This document shows positions 1 to 14,199 of a DNA stretch of 64,000 bases, in pieces (the first letter of the stretch is position 1; each line of letters opens with the position of its first letter). The position numbers and the translations under genes were made by a program. The stretch comes from Callorhinchus milii (taxonomy: Eukaryota): the NCBI RefSeq assembly GCF_018977255.1, contig NW_024704742.1, forward strand, positions 56,050,001-56,114,000, given 5' to 3'. A model generated the notes under the pieces. The model did not search any database. It saw only the letters and a list, made by a program, of their open reading frames with translations, and was not told the DNA's origin.

Positions 1-2290
1 CACACCCCTGTTGTGCATGTACAAGCCAATAGCCCAGAAGGTCTTCGTGTAATTTATAGCATCATGGATGGAGATCCTTTCAGTCAGTTCACAATCAACT
101 TCAACACTGGTGTCATAAATGTTATTAGCTCGCTAGATTTTGAAATGCATCCTGCTTACAAATTGACTGTAAGAGCAACAGATTCTTTGACTGGGTCTCA
201 TTCCGAGGTATTTGTTGATATTGTGGTAGAAGACGTGAATGATAATGCTCCAGTATTTGTAGAAAAAACCTACACTTCAACTCTGTCAGAGGCATCTGTG
301 GTTGGCACATCTGTTGTTCAAGTCACGGCTACTGATATAGATTCTGGAATGAATAGAGTCATTTACTACCAGTTGGTAGAGGATGATACCAAAAATTCAG
401 ATTACTTTCATATTGACGGCAGCAGCGGCCTGATTTTGACAGCAAGAGTACTTGACTATGAACAAATTGAACGGTACAACCTCCTTGTTAGAGCACTGGA
501 TAGTGGAAAACCTGCTCTTAGCAGTGACATTGTTGTAATTGTGCACATCACCGATTTGAATGACAACCCACCACTATTCAGCCAGCTCCTGTACATGGCC
601 TCAGTTAGTGAGCTTGCAGCTCGCGGACACTTTGTAACACATGTCCAGGCTTCTGATGCAGACGCTTCTGATGCGGAAAAGCTTCGATATTCAATTGTGT
701 CGGGCAATGATCATATGAATTTTGCAATTGATAGTAAGTCAGGCATTGTTACCTGGACAAACTTGCATAGGCAGAGTCTGGAACCATCTTACAGCCTCAA
801 TGTATCTGTGTCAGACAGTGTATTTAGGAGTTCAGCTGAGGTTCGGATAACAATTATTAGTGCTAACTTTCATAAACCTGTTTTTCCTCAAAGTGAGTAT
901 GAAGTAGAGTTAGCAGAAAATTCTAATTTGAGAACACTGGTGATCAAAGTAAAGGCAACAGATGAAGACTCTGGGACGTATGGGAACATTGCATATTCCA
1001 TTGTTAATGACTTTGCCAAAGCCAAATTTTTTGTTGATCAAAAAGGACAGATTTTTACTACAGAGAAATTGGATCGTGAAAACCCAGTTGAGAAGCTTAT
1101 CACTATCACTGTTATGGCAAAAGATGGTGGTGGCAAGGTGGCTTTCTGCAATATCAATGTGATCCTCACTGATGAAAACGATAACATACCTCAGTTCCGA
1201 GCTGTAGAGTATAAGGTAAACATCGGATCATATGCTTCAAAGGGATCTTCAGTCATTCAGATTGTGGCGTCTGATGCTGATGAAGGTAGCAATGCAGACA
1301 TTGTCTATTTTATTGAGGCAGATTCTGACAATGTTGAAGAAAATCTGGAAATTGATTCATTTTCTGGGGTCATTAACACCAAAGAAAGTCTCGTTGGTCT
1401 GGAAAACAATTTTTACAGTTTCTTTGTCCGAGCTAAAGATGGCGGAGTCCCACAGCAGGAGTCTGTTGTCCCCGTCTACGTTAGAATACTCCCACCTGAA
1501 GTCCCAGTTCCAAAATTCTCAGAGTCCCTTTTTACATACACAATCTCTGAAGATATTCGTATTGGAACTGAGATTGATCTGATTAGACAAGAAAGTGAAC
1601 AACAAGTGACCTACAGTCTTGTGAAAGGAAACACTCTGGAAAGTAACAAGGATGAAATCTTTACCATAGAGAAGGACACTGGGAAATTAAAAACTGAGAA
1701 GAACCTTGATCATGAAACAACTAAATGGTACCAAATCATGGTCATGGCTCAGTATCCTGTTGAAGATTATGAGGTGGTTACTTCAGTGGATGTAAGTATC
1801 CAAGTGAAAGATGTAAATGACAACAAACCCATCTTTGACTCTGAACCATATAAAGCCTTTATTGTAGAAAATCTACCTGAAGGAACAACAGTGATCCAGG
1901 TGAAAGCGACAGATCTGGATTCTGGAACCAATGGTCTGGTGACTTACAGCTTGGCTCAATCTCAGGAGCTTGATCATATCCTGGAGCTCTTCACCATTAA
2001 CAGTGAAACAGGTTGGATAACAAGTCTAAAAGAGTTGGACCACGAGAAAATAAACAAGTACAATGTTGTGGTTGTGGCATCTGATCGTGGGGAAAAAGTC
2101 CAATTATCCTCTTCTGTTGTGGTGGAAGTTACTGTTACTGATGTGAATGACAACCCTCCACGCTTTACTGCTGAAATCTATAAGGGGACTGTGAGTGAAG
2201 ATGACCCACCTGGTGGCGTGATTGCTATCCTCAGTACTGTTGATGCTGATACTGAAGAAGTCAATAGACAAGTTACCTGCTATATCACAG
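1..2290 (+). CDS. FAT1: FAT1 large cadherin-repeat exon, 5' part outside window
   Basis: Open frame from base 1 (HTPVVHVQANSPEG...) with repeated cadherin motifs (LDFE/LDRE, DxNDNxP, AxDxD); ends ATC ACA G|GTGAGG. The ORF-track extension to 2448 is intron read-through. Confidence 0.96.
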
Positions 2291-2756
2291 GTGAGGACTT
2301 TGTCACAGTGCAAGTATTAAACGTTTTTTTACAACATTTGGGATTCTCTATATTAATTCTAATACATAGGAATTTAGGAACAGTTGAATGCTATGAAATA
2401 CTACCCAGTGAAATCTCACTTCCAAGGCTCAGTTTACCCTCTCTGTAGATATCAACTCTAATGGTCTAATTAGCTTTAGCTTTAAAGTTGTAACATAAAA
2501 CAAAGATTTTGCAGCAAGCTCATTTCCTAGAATAAAAAAATTATAATTTCATTTAGCTTCAAACATTGCTGAAACTTTTTCACTGAGGTTGACGCTGTTT
2601 GATTTTGTGTATATTAAGTTGATTGAACAATTGAATGAAGTTGTAGACATAACTTCATAATCACTGCTGTAGTCATCACATTGCCAAGTCCTCCATGGAT
2701 TATAAATAAGATAATGTAGCTCAGTTCTTTAATACTATTATTAAATTCATTTTCAG

Positions 2757-2953
2757 GAGGAGATCTTCTAGGACAATTTGCTGTTGAGCACATCCAAAAC
2801 GAATGGAAGGTCTATGTCAAGAAACCTTTGGATAGAGAGGTGAAGGACCACTATCTCCTAAACATTACAGCTACAGATGGTACATTAATGGCGAAGGCAG
2901 TGGTGGAAGTCAAAGTTCTTGATGCAAATGATAACAGTCCCATTTGCGAAACG
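2757..2953 (+). CDS. FAT1: FAT1 exon (197 nt, cadherin)
   Basis: ttttcag|GA GGA GAT CTT (GGDLLGQFAVEHIQNEWKVYVKKPLDRE...DANDNSPICET); donor ACG|GTAAGT. Confidence 0.95.
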
Positions 2954-3520
2954 GTAAGTGTTTTGGTCTAAGCACCGTCAGTTTGCACAATTGGAACACA
3001 AAAATATTTATTTAATAAAGGAAACTTGGCAGAATTTTGCAAGGTGATTCATCTTATAAATAGAATCTGTATGAAGATGGTGACTTTGTGTTCGAAGAAA
3101 ATTATTTTTCATGACTGGGTAATTCTGTTAACTGGGTCCCAAATATAATTTATATAAAGATGAGACTTATGATAAGAACAAGAAAAAAAATTCTGTCTCA
3201 TTTTATCGTCTTAAGTTGACTAGATGCATTGTTATTAGATGCATTATTATTATTTTTCTAGAAAAAGAGGGGTGTTAATGAAAGCCCTTTGGCCCATTTG
3301 ATTTTATTCAAGACTACTAATTCCACAGGTTTCTCATCACAACGTCTAACTAGTTCATGAATGAGTAACTGGTTTCACTGCCTTGGGAAGTCCTCCTGAC
3401 GTGAAAGGCGCTTTACAAATGTAATTTTGTTCTTGCTGTTGTTGTTAAAGAAGGGAATGGCACAAATGAGGGTTGATTTCAACACAGTAGGATTTCAGGG
3501 AGGTTTAAAAATATGTAGGA

Positions 3521-3648
3521 TAATAATCCTTGCATTTGATATAGCACCTTATATCTTCGAGATGTCTCAAAGCGCTTCACAGAATATACTGTAAAGTTAA
3601 TGGACTGTATATTTTGTTGGCGAAACGCAGCAGCCAATTATGCACAGC
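3521..3648 (-). mobile_element. SINE family A, 3' fragment
   Basis: Reverse complement of the family A tail (TAATAATCCTTGCATTTGATATAGC...). Confidence 0.8.
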
Positions 3649-4770
3649 TGTATGGCAGATTTGAGAGCGCCAGTGAAATGGAGAAAGGCAAAAAGATTTT
3701 GTAGCAAATCAAGAGTATCAGACTTATCCATCTCAAAATAGCTTGAAATTTGCAGACGACTAAGAAGAAAAATATATTCAAACTGGATCTAGAATGCTCC
3801 ATGCTTCCTCTCCTCTATCACCTTGGTGCTTTGATGATAGTAAGAGGCACATATGCATTGGGTTTCTATGTGTGTGTCTTAGTCACCCTGACTCAGACAT
3901 TGACTTCATTTATTTATTGGAGAATTTATCTATTCCATTTATTTAAAGGGGACTGGCACAGATATGGTATTTTGCCAGAGGGTGAGATTACATTTCTAGT
4001 GATACTCAATTCATTGCTTCTTTTTCTGCTGCACCTTATTTTCCCTCTTAACCGCCATCAAAAATGTTGCATTTTATTCCTGAAATTCTGAGCACCAGTG
4101 TCCAAAATGGGAATTTATTTTCTCTTTCAAATGCTGAGAAGAAATCTGTTGCTCATTTCTGGCATTTTCTGCCTTTATGATTATCAGATTTTAAATGTTT
4201 ATTTTCATTTTTGTTTAATTTCCTCTCAGTTTCAACTGACAGCTTCCACATTTAGGGTAACAGTTCAAAATCTTAATGGCGAACACTGCTTCTGTAACCT
4301 TGTGAGATCCAATGATCCAAGTTCCTTTGCAGCATAAAAAGTCACACACCCTTGCCAATCCTGTTTATTTCTCACATTATTTACAGCATTGTCTCACTCT
4401 TCTCCCAGTAGAGAGTTTTCATCTCTTCTTGTTGATTCAATCATGAGTTCAATTTGTAGGCACAACAATGTTCTTCTCAGCATCATCAACAGAGTCCAGA
4501 GAATTTCTTGCTTATAATTGTAAAGGTTCTCCTGGCTTCTGTCAGTTCTTGGAGTAGGATTCAAGTTCAGCTCATTCTTTCACAAGCATTTTCCAGCAGC
4601 TGATAATCATCAGCAAGACTTTGTGTTGTCTTCATTGAGACATAACGGTGGACAGTGTGAAGCCTGTTTTCATACGTCACTGAATGTATATCTGTGGAGT
4701 CCAAAGCACTAGAATAACAACCTTGATCACAGAGAGACATTACTTAGTCATTTTGCTTTCCTTCATCCAG

Positions 4771-5082
4771 GTGGAGTCCAGTGTTAGAGCACTCGACTCG
4801 CAAGCGAGAAACCTGAGTTTAATTCCCAGCAGGGCAAAACCTTGGGAAAGTTTCCTTACTTCACACACCTGATAATATACCCTCAAGAAAAAAATAATAA
4901 ATTGGTCACTTCAATCCACGACTGCTTGTGGGACATTGCTGTGCGCAATTGGCTGCCGCGTTTCGCCCACAAATATACAGTCAATTCATTTCACAGTATA
5001 TTCTGTGAAGCGCTTTGAGACGTCTAGAAGACGTGAAAAGCGCTATATCAAAAGCAAGGATTATTATTATAAGGATTATTAT
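4771..5082 (+). mobile_element. tRNA-derived SINE (Deu-domain-like body, L2-like tail), family A
   Basis: Degenerate tRNA head, body TGTGGGACATTGCTGTGCGCAATTGGCTGCC, tail AAGCGCTATATCAAA...AAGGA(TTA)n; many copies in the window. Confidence 0.85.
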
Positions 5083-5709
5083 AATGCTTACATGCTTGCT
5101 GTTTCTTTTCCATGTGTGTTACTTTGCCTTTATCTGGATCCTGATAGGTTCTTAGATTTTGAAACAATTCATTGTAGAAACTGCTGACTAATCAAGAATT
5201 GGTATTTTTCCAACGCAGATTAAACTTTGAAGCTTTACATTTAACATGTTTTCTGGTAGCTAACTGGACTACTTCAATATTAATGAAGTGCTAAGAGGAC
5301 AGTTGGCTCTTCACAAACATTGAAACTAACACTGGTATTTAGGTGTGGTCAGGGCGTTTTCTGGCACATACTGCTAAGTATGTATGAATAGAGCTCTGAT
5401 TTCCCTAGATTTGAAATGTTGTAGACAAGCAGTGTAACTGGACATCTGTTAATGATTATCCAATCCTCTTTGCAGCCAGAGTCTCAGGATAACATGTCTA
5501 GACATATAGACTTAATGTTCTATTCAAACCCAAACGGCTATTGTCCTATTGTTTAGAATCATAGAAAGTTTTATTCCTTTTTCATAACTAATCTATAATT
5601 AGGCCTGTTATATTGCCTGTGTTTTGCTTTCGAACCATCCGTCAGTAGATCTCAAATCAAGCTAGAGATGGCATAACAGTTGATTACCGAGAGAGCCCAA
5701 TTTCTCCCC

Positions 5710-5855
5710 ATTCCAGGCAGGGCGAAACCTTAGGCAAGTTTCCTTACTCCACACGCCTAATAATAATCCCTCCAAAACCCAAAACAATAATAAATTGGTC
5801 AATTTCAATCTACGACTGTTTGTGGGACATTGCTGTGCGCAATTGGCTGCTGTGT
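5710..5855 (+). mobile_element. SINE family A, internal fragment
   Basis: CCAGGCAGGGCGAAACCTTAGGCAAGTTTCCTTACTCCACACGCC... matches other copies. Confidence 0.8.
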
Positions 5856-6239
5856 TCTATTTCTATTTCTATTTAGCGCAGGGACAGGTTGGCTTTGCTC
5901 TAAAATTAGAAGCAAAGCAATATTTGTCTCTGTTTAATTGAAAAGTGTTTTATTCACCTCTGGACACAGGGAAAATAATCAATAATTGCCATACATCTTT
6001 AAAACCTTATATAACTCTTTAGGCGATCACAGTCTCACCACCTCAAAAATGAAATACAAAACAATTGCATGTGTTTTTCGTCATTTTTTGTAAAAACTAA
6101 GAAATATAGTAATTTCATTCAAGAACATTATCAACAAAGTAAATGTAAGGAATATTTGGACATCTTGCCTAAAATATATCCCACATTGTTTTAATATAAA
6201 TTAGAATTGGGTGGATGCTTTGGAGTTTATTATTAAAGA

Positions 6240-6442
6240 GCACATGCTCCTTCCCTTCTCTTTGACCGTGCCTTCAGCTCCCCTCTCGACTCTCTACCCC
6301 CTCCTCGTTCCCTCCCTTCCCTCCCCTCACCCTGACCATTTCCCCCCTGCTCGGGTCCTGACCCAACTGTCCAGCGCCTTGGGACGTCCTCCCGACGTGA
6401 AAGGCGCTCTATAAATGAAATCTTGTTGTTATTGTTGTTGTT
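6240..6442 (+). mobile_element. L2-type LINE 3' end
   Basis: C-rich 3' UTR, GGGACGTCCTCCCGACGTGAAAGGCGCT, (TTG)n tail. Confidence 0.7.
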
Positions 6443-8040
6443 AGCAAGAATGTCCATTGATAGAAAAAGATGTTCTTTGACTGCAGGGAGTATATTTGAT
6501 CTTATTTAGATGGTGATTTTGTTGATGTTTCTTCATGGGTTATCAGTATCAAATAACATGGATTAGTCTTTATCATGAGATCATTTGGGAATTATTCAAT
6601 TATAGTTTTAATCCTCGTAGCAGTATGTTCCTGTGAATAGTATTTGTTAGTTCCAGTTCTGACACTATTAAAAATAAAACTTCTTTCTCAGTGGTCTGCA
6701 AAGCATTTTCCAATATCTCAGAATATAGCGTTATGTGTACTAAAAGCTGTCAAATACTTTGACCCGATGTTGAGAGACATTTTTGAGAGGTTTAGTTTGC
6801 AATGGCACCACTGTCTTACTATTTTCTTAATGTGTTAAGAGTTTCCATCCCAAAAATCTTGCCCCCAGGCTTATGAAGCTTGTACAACTTAGTTTGGGCT
6901 ACAAACCATCTGTGCCCCATCAGAGCCATAATGACCAGTGTTACTATGGAAGAAGAACAGAACAACCTCAGTATTGCTGAGACAAATTATAATACCTTAT
7001 TATTGCCATTAACCACTAAGCTTAACTTAACAACACAAATAGGGATTGAATCTGAGACCTCCTGTATTTTGTTTGTACCTTTTTGTTGCACCCATTTGCA
7101 AGACCAGTGGCATTGTGCAATTTACTCAGAATAAGCACATTTTCTGAAGGGTGTGTGTATCTAAACCCTTTAATTCACCTTGTAATAATGAATAATGGCC
7201 AGAAGGTCCTAAGGCCACTTTGCAGTATTTAGAACTGTTAGCTTTTGCTTCTGTTTTCTAACAAAAGGTCTGTCAACTTGATAGACTGCTTTCTATTACA
7301 CTTACAGGTAATTATTCTCGGTATTTGTACAAAGCCTATAGCGAAACATTAAAAAGTCCAAAAAGGGAGTATGTTCAGATTTTGGAGTATATTCACTATC
7401 CCTTCAGAGCAGTCACTATTCTATTGTAACTTTTCTTAGCTATAAGTTTCAATCTTGTGGACCCTTAATAAACTACTACAACAAATAAATAGCCCTGTCC
7501 ATCTGTTCTTGCGTGGATAAAGTGTATCTGAGATACAGACCAATAATAGAAGTAATGTATCTAAAAGAATACAAACATTATATGGAGGTTTCTGAGAAAA
7601 GCATTATTGGTATTAAAACAAGATGCTGAATTAACATTGAAAAGATTAAGATTGTATCAACATTACACCTTTATTTAGGTTCTAAAAAAACAGTGCTGCC
7701 AGCATACCTAAGTAGAATCAGACTATTTGGCTTTTTGCCATTGTACTCGGATTGTTGCACGTCCCTATAGTCAAATGACTGACCATTTGGTGACAGACAG
7801 TAAGAAACAGAAGAAATAATAGAAGTAAAGGCAATCTAAAATGACTGGCTGCAATGAAGCCAAAAAATGTAACGGAAAAAAAATTTAGGTAGCATTTTGA
7901 AATATTTTGGGTTTTAGTTGTGGGCTGAATAAATCGTGAGGAGCCACATCCTCAGAATGGTTTGGTATTATTTCAGCCTTTAGATCAAAAAAAGCAGATA
8001 GACAATTCCTCAAGTAACCATAATGTGTTTTTCTTCTCAG

Positions 8041-8194
8041 ACATTATACACCGAGACTATTGCAGAGGATGTTCCTTCTGGCAAATCAATCCTACTGGTC
8101 TCTGCCGTAGATGCAGATATTCGTTCAAACGCAAAAGTCACTTATACACTTCATGGACCTGGAGCAGAGAAATTCCTACTGGAACCAGAAACTG
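8041..8194 (+). CDS. FAT1: FAT1 exon (154 nt, cadherin)
   Basis: ttctcag|TLYTETIAEDV...DADIRSNAKVTY...PETG|GTGAGA. Confidence 0.95.
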
Positions 8195-8449
8195 GTGAGA
8201 ATGTACACTGTTCCTTTGTATTTATTTCACAGATGACTGGGAAGAAATTATAGTTTTTTTTTGTTTTCCTGCGTGCTTGGATGATTAACGTTCTCCTTGG
8301 AATGTGTCCAGACACTAAGAATGTGCTGTACAAAAATAGGGGAACCGCATTATAGTGCCCTTCAATATTGCATGCTAACCCAGCTTTTAATAATAATGTA
8401 ATAATCCTTGCATTTGGTAGAGCGCCTTATCAATTCGGAAGAAAGAATC

Positions 8450-8806
8450 AATTCAGAGCCCTCCATGGCCTTGCTCCTCCCTACCTCTGTGACCTCCTAA
8501 CCCCCTACCAACCTGTCTGCTCCCCCTGCTCAGCGGGCTCCAGCCTGCTTCATGTCGCCCGCCTCACCCCACCATTGGCGGGTGGGCCTTCAGGCTCTCT
8601 GGTTCCACTCTCTGGAACTCCATCCACCTTGCCCCCTTCAAGACCCTCCTCTTCGAATGTGCCTTCAGTCACCCTCCTACCCCTACCCTCCCAGCTCTCC
8701 ACCCCTCCTGATCCCAATCACCGGTTTGGGTGCGGATCCCTGACTGTCCAGCACCTTGGGAAGTCCTCCTGACATGAAAGGTGCTACACAACTGTAATTT
8801 GTTGTT
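8450..8806 (+). mobile_element. L2-type LINE 3' fragment
   Basis: LHGLAPPYLCDLL (end of L2 ORF2) followed by the same 3' UTR and tail as the 6240 copy. Confidence 0.8.
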
Positions 8807-8905
8807 TAAGACTAAAAGATATTGCAGTCTTAATATGCCATTTATTTTAGCATTTTTGTTCAAAGCATCTTTCCACATTTATTTCTATTTCGTATTAAAC
8901 AATAG

Positions 8906-9139
8906 GTGAGTTGAAAACTTCAGCTCCACTAGATCGTGAGCAGAAAGACGTTTATAATCTTCTAGTGAGAGCCAGAGATGGAGGTGGCCGTTTTTGCCAG
9001 GCTGATATTGTTCTGATATTAGAGGATGTCAACGACAATGCACCCGAATTTTCATCTGATCCATACACCATATCAGTCTTTGAGAACACTGCTGTTAAAA
9101 CAATGTTGACAAGAGTTCAAGCCACCGATCAAGATGCAG
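8906..9139 (+). CDS. FAT1: FAT1 exon (234 nt, cadherin)
   Basis: aatag|[12 protein letters not shown]...[10 protein letters not shown]...ATDQDAG|GTAGGA. Confidence 0.95.
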
Positions 9140-10470
9140 GTAGGAAAATTTCAGATTCCAAGTATCAATAAATGTTTTTCAATAATGGATCTATGGGGTG
9201 TAGTTGATGACGATATTTGTAATCACAGGAGAGATTTGGATGAAGAAAGTTCTTCAGCGATTGGATCCTCTTTCCAGAATATGTTTGTAACTCTTTTAAA
9301 AAAAATAGAATTGTGGTTTAATTGACTTATCAAGCTCTTTTCACCACATATACTGTTATGTGAAGAGGCAGATAAAAATTAACAATTGCATAAGCTACTC
9401 TAGTTGTAACCTCGAGGCGTAAGAAAGTTTGTTGTGAGAAATATTCTATATTGAAAGTTCAATTAAGGAACACTAAAGAAAACGCAAATCATGTATTGAA
9501 ATTCCAAGAACTTTATTCTTCCTGGTGTAGTTTTAAGTGCATCAGGTGAATTTGTTAAAGGTTCTGAAACTTCATACTCTAAAATCTGGCAGATATAATA
9601 AGATAATGTATACATTTTCATTGTTTTCATTACTGGTGTAAGGATTGTAAAACTACAACTTATCAATGATCTGATGTACACTAATAATCATAACATAATC
9701 AATCCATCAAACAATGTTCTGAATTTTACATGTATTCATGCTCCATAAACATAGACCACGAATGCAACAATTGGGATTACTTTGCTGCCGATCAATGCTT
9801 CATTTTGTTAGAGAATAATGTAATAATAATGTAACGTGTTTGAATTTGGAGCTTGTCAGAATGTTAACAACAATTGAGTAATCGATAGGTAAAGTGAAAT
9901 CACTTTATTCCATGAATCACATGAACATTGTTTCAGTCTCACCAGATAGGTTTATTTCTCTTTTATATATAAATTGAACAGACGAATATGATTAATTATG
10001 CCAAATACCACTTCTCTTTTCAACAAAAGTTATTAGTATTAGCAAAAGTGTTGAGCTATGATGGTGTCCTCTGTTAACTGGGTGGGCGGTTTCTGTGTTT
10101 TTATGGGTAATATACAAATATATATTTAAATAGTGCCTTTCACTTAGGGAGGACATCCCAAGGAGTTTAACAGTACTGGCTGGGCACTAATAATGATATT
10201 TAATTTGCCTCTTTTGAATTGTTCTGATTTTAGTAAACCTTTTGACTATAAAATGGTTGACTTGAGTTGTATGTTTGCCACAGGTGTTACTTAAACTGTG
10301 AACTGCCCATGCAACCAGTGATGCTCAACTGTACATGTAGTGATGTGATGTACAGTTATATTTGTTGTTGCAATAACACTTCTTACCAAAAACATTCTAC
10401 ACTACTTTCTGATTCTTTATTATCTATGATAATTCTGGTAACAGTATTCCCACTATGTTTCAAAACACAG

Positions 10471-10860
10471 GGTTGAATCGTAAGGTGCTTTATTCACTCG
10501 TGGATTCCGCAGAGGATCACTTTTCCATCGATGAATTATCAGGCATTATGAGTTTGGAGAAACCTTTAGACCGAGAACTCCAAGGTTCATACATCCTAAA
10601 AGTGAAGGCCACTGATCAGGGCTCTCTTAGAAAACTTTCATCTGTTTCCACAGTTTTGGTTTCTGTGTTAGATATCAATGATAACCCACCTGTATTTGAG
10701 CACAGAGAATACCTAGCCACACTTTCTGAGGATATTTCTGTGGGAACTGAAGTCCTTCAAGTATTTGCAGCCAGCCGGGACATTGAAGCCAATGCAGAGA
10801 TTACTTACTCCATCATAAATGGCAACGAGCATGGCAAGTTCAGCATAGATGCAAACAAAG
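10471..10860 (+). CDS. FAT1: FAT1 exon (390 nt, cadherin)
   Basis: cacag|GLNRKVLYSL...LDRE...DINDNPPVF...DANKG|GTATTT. Confidence 0.95.
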
Positions 10861-11064
10861 GTATTTATTTTCAAAAATAGCAATTGTAGTTTTTATTTGC
10901 TGATCATAAATTAATAGTATTGCATTGAACATTGTTAACCATTCAACAGCTAAAGTCTAATTTAAGAATATCATGTTTTACATGTATTTTGTAACACTGG
11001 TGAATGATTTAATTTGTTGCATTGTTTTCTTTAATTTGTGATTCTGTTTTCATGTGCGTGACAG

Positions 11065-11279
11065 GTACTATTTTTGTGATTGACAACCTGGACTATGAGG
11101 CAGCTCATGAATATTATTTGACAGTTGAAGTCACGGATGGCGGCACGCCTTCACTTAATGATGTAGCGACAGTGAATATCAATGTGACAGATATCAATGA
11201 CAACACTCCTCAATTTAGCCAGGAAGTGTACATGGCAGTGATAAGTGAAGACGCCTCTCTGGGACAGCTCATTGTTGCA
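11065..11279 (+). CDS. FAT1: FAT1 exon (215 nt, cadherin)
   Basis: gacag|[11 protein letters not shown]...DINDNTPQF...LIVA|GTATGT. Confidence 0.95.
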
Positions 11280-12101
11280 GTATGTTCAAACATTTCATAA
11301 GACATATCTATTCTTCATGTCTAAATCACCTGTACAGTTTAATTAAGAATGCATTAATAGCATGAGTGGAGAAAGAACAGATCTGTGATAAACATAGACT
11401 TTGGCTGAATAAAAATGTGATCATTCTCGCTATAAAAAAAATTTAAGTTAATGAAGTTTGAGAATATCTTCATAGAATATTTAGCATGGAGGAGGTAATT
11501 CAGGCCATCAGATCTTTTCTTTTGAAGTATGTATCATCAATTATCCTTATTTTATTCCAACACCATTGTTTATTTGTAAGAGAGGTATATCAGTTTTGAA
11601 TAATTTAAAACAATTGAAGCAGATTATTGCAGACTACTGTTTTTGAACTGCACCAGTATTGAAATGTAAAATTTGTTGCTGAAACAACAATACATTTATG
11701 TGTGTTGGTGCAACCCTTATGGTGTTCATGACTCTCTTACTTAAGACAAAGTCTCAAAATAACCTAATTTGAATAATTGCCAAGATTTAGTGTGTACATG
11801 ACAGAGAATCTCAAGGTTATAAAAAATTGAACTTTTAAGTGCAGGGCAAAAGCCCTGTTTCATTTATAATAACATATTTAATTACTTTCCTTTATGAAAC
11901 ATAAACATATGTGCCTGGCTGTGAATTCCATTATCAGGCTTGAGCTCTGATCATGCCAAAATATTTGCACTGAAAGTTATTTCCCATGAGGATGTACTCA
12001 AAATGTTTTAGTAGCAAAGCTATACATGCCACTGGATGTTAAGAATGCATTGAAAGTTTTAGGCAAATATGACAACACTAATGATTTTATAATTTTTGTA
12101 G

Positions 12102-12239
12102 GTCGTAGCCGATGATTCAGATGGTCCATCAAACAACCAAATCCGCTACTCGATCATTAATGGCAATCAAGGGAACCCATTTACCATTGATTCTACGAGA
12201 GGAGAAATAAAGGTAGCAAAACATTTGGACAGAGAAAAA
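12102..12239 (+). CDS. FAT1: FAT1 exon (138 nt, cadherin)
   Basis: tttgtag|VVADDSDGPSNNQIRYSII...KHLDREK|GTAAGT; below the ORF-track size cutoff, read manually. Confidence 0.93.
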
Positions 12240-12610
12240 GTAAGTAGATTTGAAGTGTGGTTCAAGCATATCTTATTCAGTATAGTTTGTCACACTATTA
12301 GCAGCTGTTATTAAAATAATAACAACTTCCGTTTGATGTTATCGACTACTTACTAATATTTTTTTCTTGAGCTCATGAAAGAGAAAATAAGATCCAGTAA
12401 GACAGTAAAGTATGTATTTATGGATGAAGCCTCTGTCTTGAATTTGCTGAAATGTGTGACATTTTAAAATTAAAAATAAAATTGTGTGTTCAAAAATAAA
12501 ATAACGTAACCAGTGTGTTGTGTTTTATGAAGCTAAAGATACATAACCCTGAAGAACGAGAACACTCTTTCTGATCATAGATTATTACTTTTTTTCCCTC
12601 TACAATTTAG

Positions 12611-12754
12611 ATTTCTGGGTACACTCTGATGGTACAAGCTGCAGACAATGGCAATCCACCTTGGATCAATACAACTATTGTCAACATCGATGTGACTGAT
12701 GTAAATGATAATCCTCCTGTGTTCTCACAGGGAAATTATAGTATTATCATCCAG
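12611..12754 (+). CDS. FAT1: FAT1 exon (144 nt, cadherin)
   Basis: atttag|ISGYTLMVQAADNGNPP...DVNDNPPVFSQGNYSIIIQ|GTAAGA. Confidence 0.93.
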
Positions 12755-13154
12755 GTAAGAATGGTGAAAAAATTCAGTAGCAACCAATAAAACTTCTGAA
12801 ATTACATTTTTAAGGCAGATAGTTATTCATTTATCAAGTCAAAGGAACAACTTTTTTTTTGCAATATCTTTTGGATCCGTGAACTTAGATTTTCAAACAT
12901 TTAAACTCATCACGCATCGGTACATGACAGCTTTTCATTAGGAAAGCAGTAGTCCAGTGTGAAACTGAGAAGTACAATGAGGCAGTGCACTATGTTACAA
13001 ACCATCCCTCCTCAGGAACAGATTAGAATGTAGTACATCCTCATTGCAGCAGGAAAAACATTGATTGATTTGTTGTATCTTGTCAGGAGTTGTCTATGCC
13101 TATTCGTGTTCATTTTCAATTGACTCAAATTTCTCCTACGCTTTACTACCACAT

Positions 13155-13291
13155 GATTCTGCTGTGCACAATTGGCTGCTGCATTTCACCCACAAAATAT
13201 AGTCAAACCACTTTACAGTATATTCTGCAAAGCGCTTTGAGACGTCTCGAAGACGTGGTAAGGCGCTATATCAAATGCAAGGATTATTATT
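13155..13291 (+). mobile_element. SINE family A, 3' fragment
   Basis: Body and tail match family A. Confidence 0.8.
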
Positions 13292-14001
13292 TATCACTTC
13301 CCAATGGGTGTCATAAAGTGATAAATTTCCCAAGAAATTTAGATCCCTGGTTAGAGGTTTGGAGCTGTATTCAGTCCAGATTTCCATTGTCTGACTCGAC
13401 CTAGAGTCTATGAATTAAATGCTTAATGCTAGTACTTTATAACTACTTGTCCAATATACTACCTGCAATTACCTATAAGAACTTAGACACTAAACGAGCT
13501 GTGGTGATGTTCAATGCAGTAGCCTACCAGCAGCATTTCTGTGATCCGCTGGCAGGAGTCAACATTTAAGTGAGGCTGAAATGGATAACGTCAGGTCCTC
13601 TTTACCCCTGAGATCAAAGATTGAGTGTGTGTGGAAAGCCCCATCCAACAGCCCCTCTGAGAATTGAAATTGCTCAAAACAGGAAATTATTTAGCTGGCA
13701 GCCTCTGAAGGCAAAGTCATTACCTTGTGCCTGAGTTTTTGATGCTGAACTATGTGAGTTATTAGGTTTATGTAGTTTTATTTCAAACTAGTTTAAATTC
13801 TGTTTTGAGGCGAGGAATAGAATTCAGTGTTCCTATATTCAGTAGCTTGCACTTTCCAAGCAGGGATTAACATTCCCGATTTTCATAACAAATTAAAAAA
13901 GGCAGAGCAACTAAGTAATTTGTGTAGTCTAGAGTGATATTTTTCACTGCTTAAAGGAGGAAATATTTTACCGTATGAATGAAACAATGTCCATTTTTTA
14001 G

Positions 14002-14199
14002 GAAAATAAGCCTGTTGGATCCAGTGTGATGCAGCTCGAAGTGATAGATCAAGATTCTTCACATAATGGTCCTCCCTTCACCTTTGCAATCACTGATGGG
14101 AATGCAGAGAATGAATTTCAAATAAATCCTCAGGGGTTGTTGACATCATCAGTCCAACTCAACCACAAGTTGAAGGATATGTATCTGCTGCAAGTACAG
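14002..14199 (+). CDS. FAT1: FAT1 exon (198 nt, cadherin)
   Basis: tttttag|ENKPVGSSVMQL...DQDSSHNGPPF...YLLQVQ|GTAAAA. Confidence 0.95.

Noticed and set aside
4936..5187. Recurrent short ORFs containing TNIQSIHFTVYSVKRF...KRYIKCKDYYY
   Set aside because: Translations of the SINE 3' region, not a peptide gene family.
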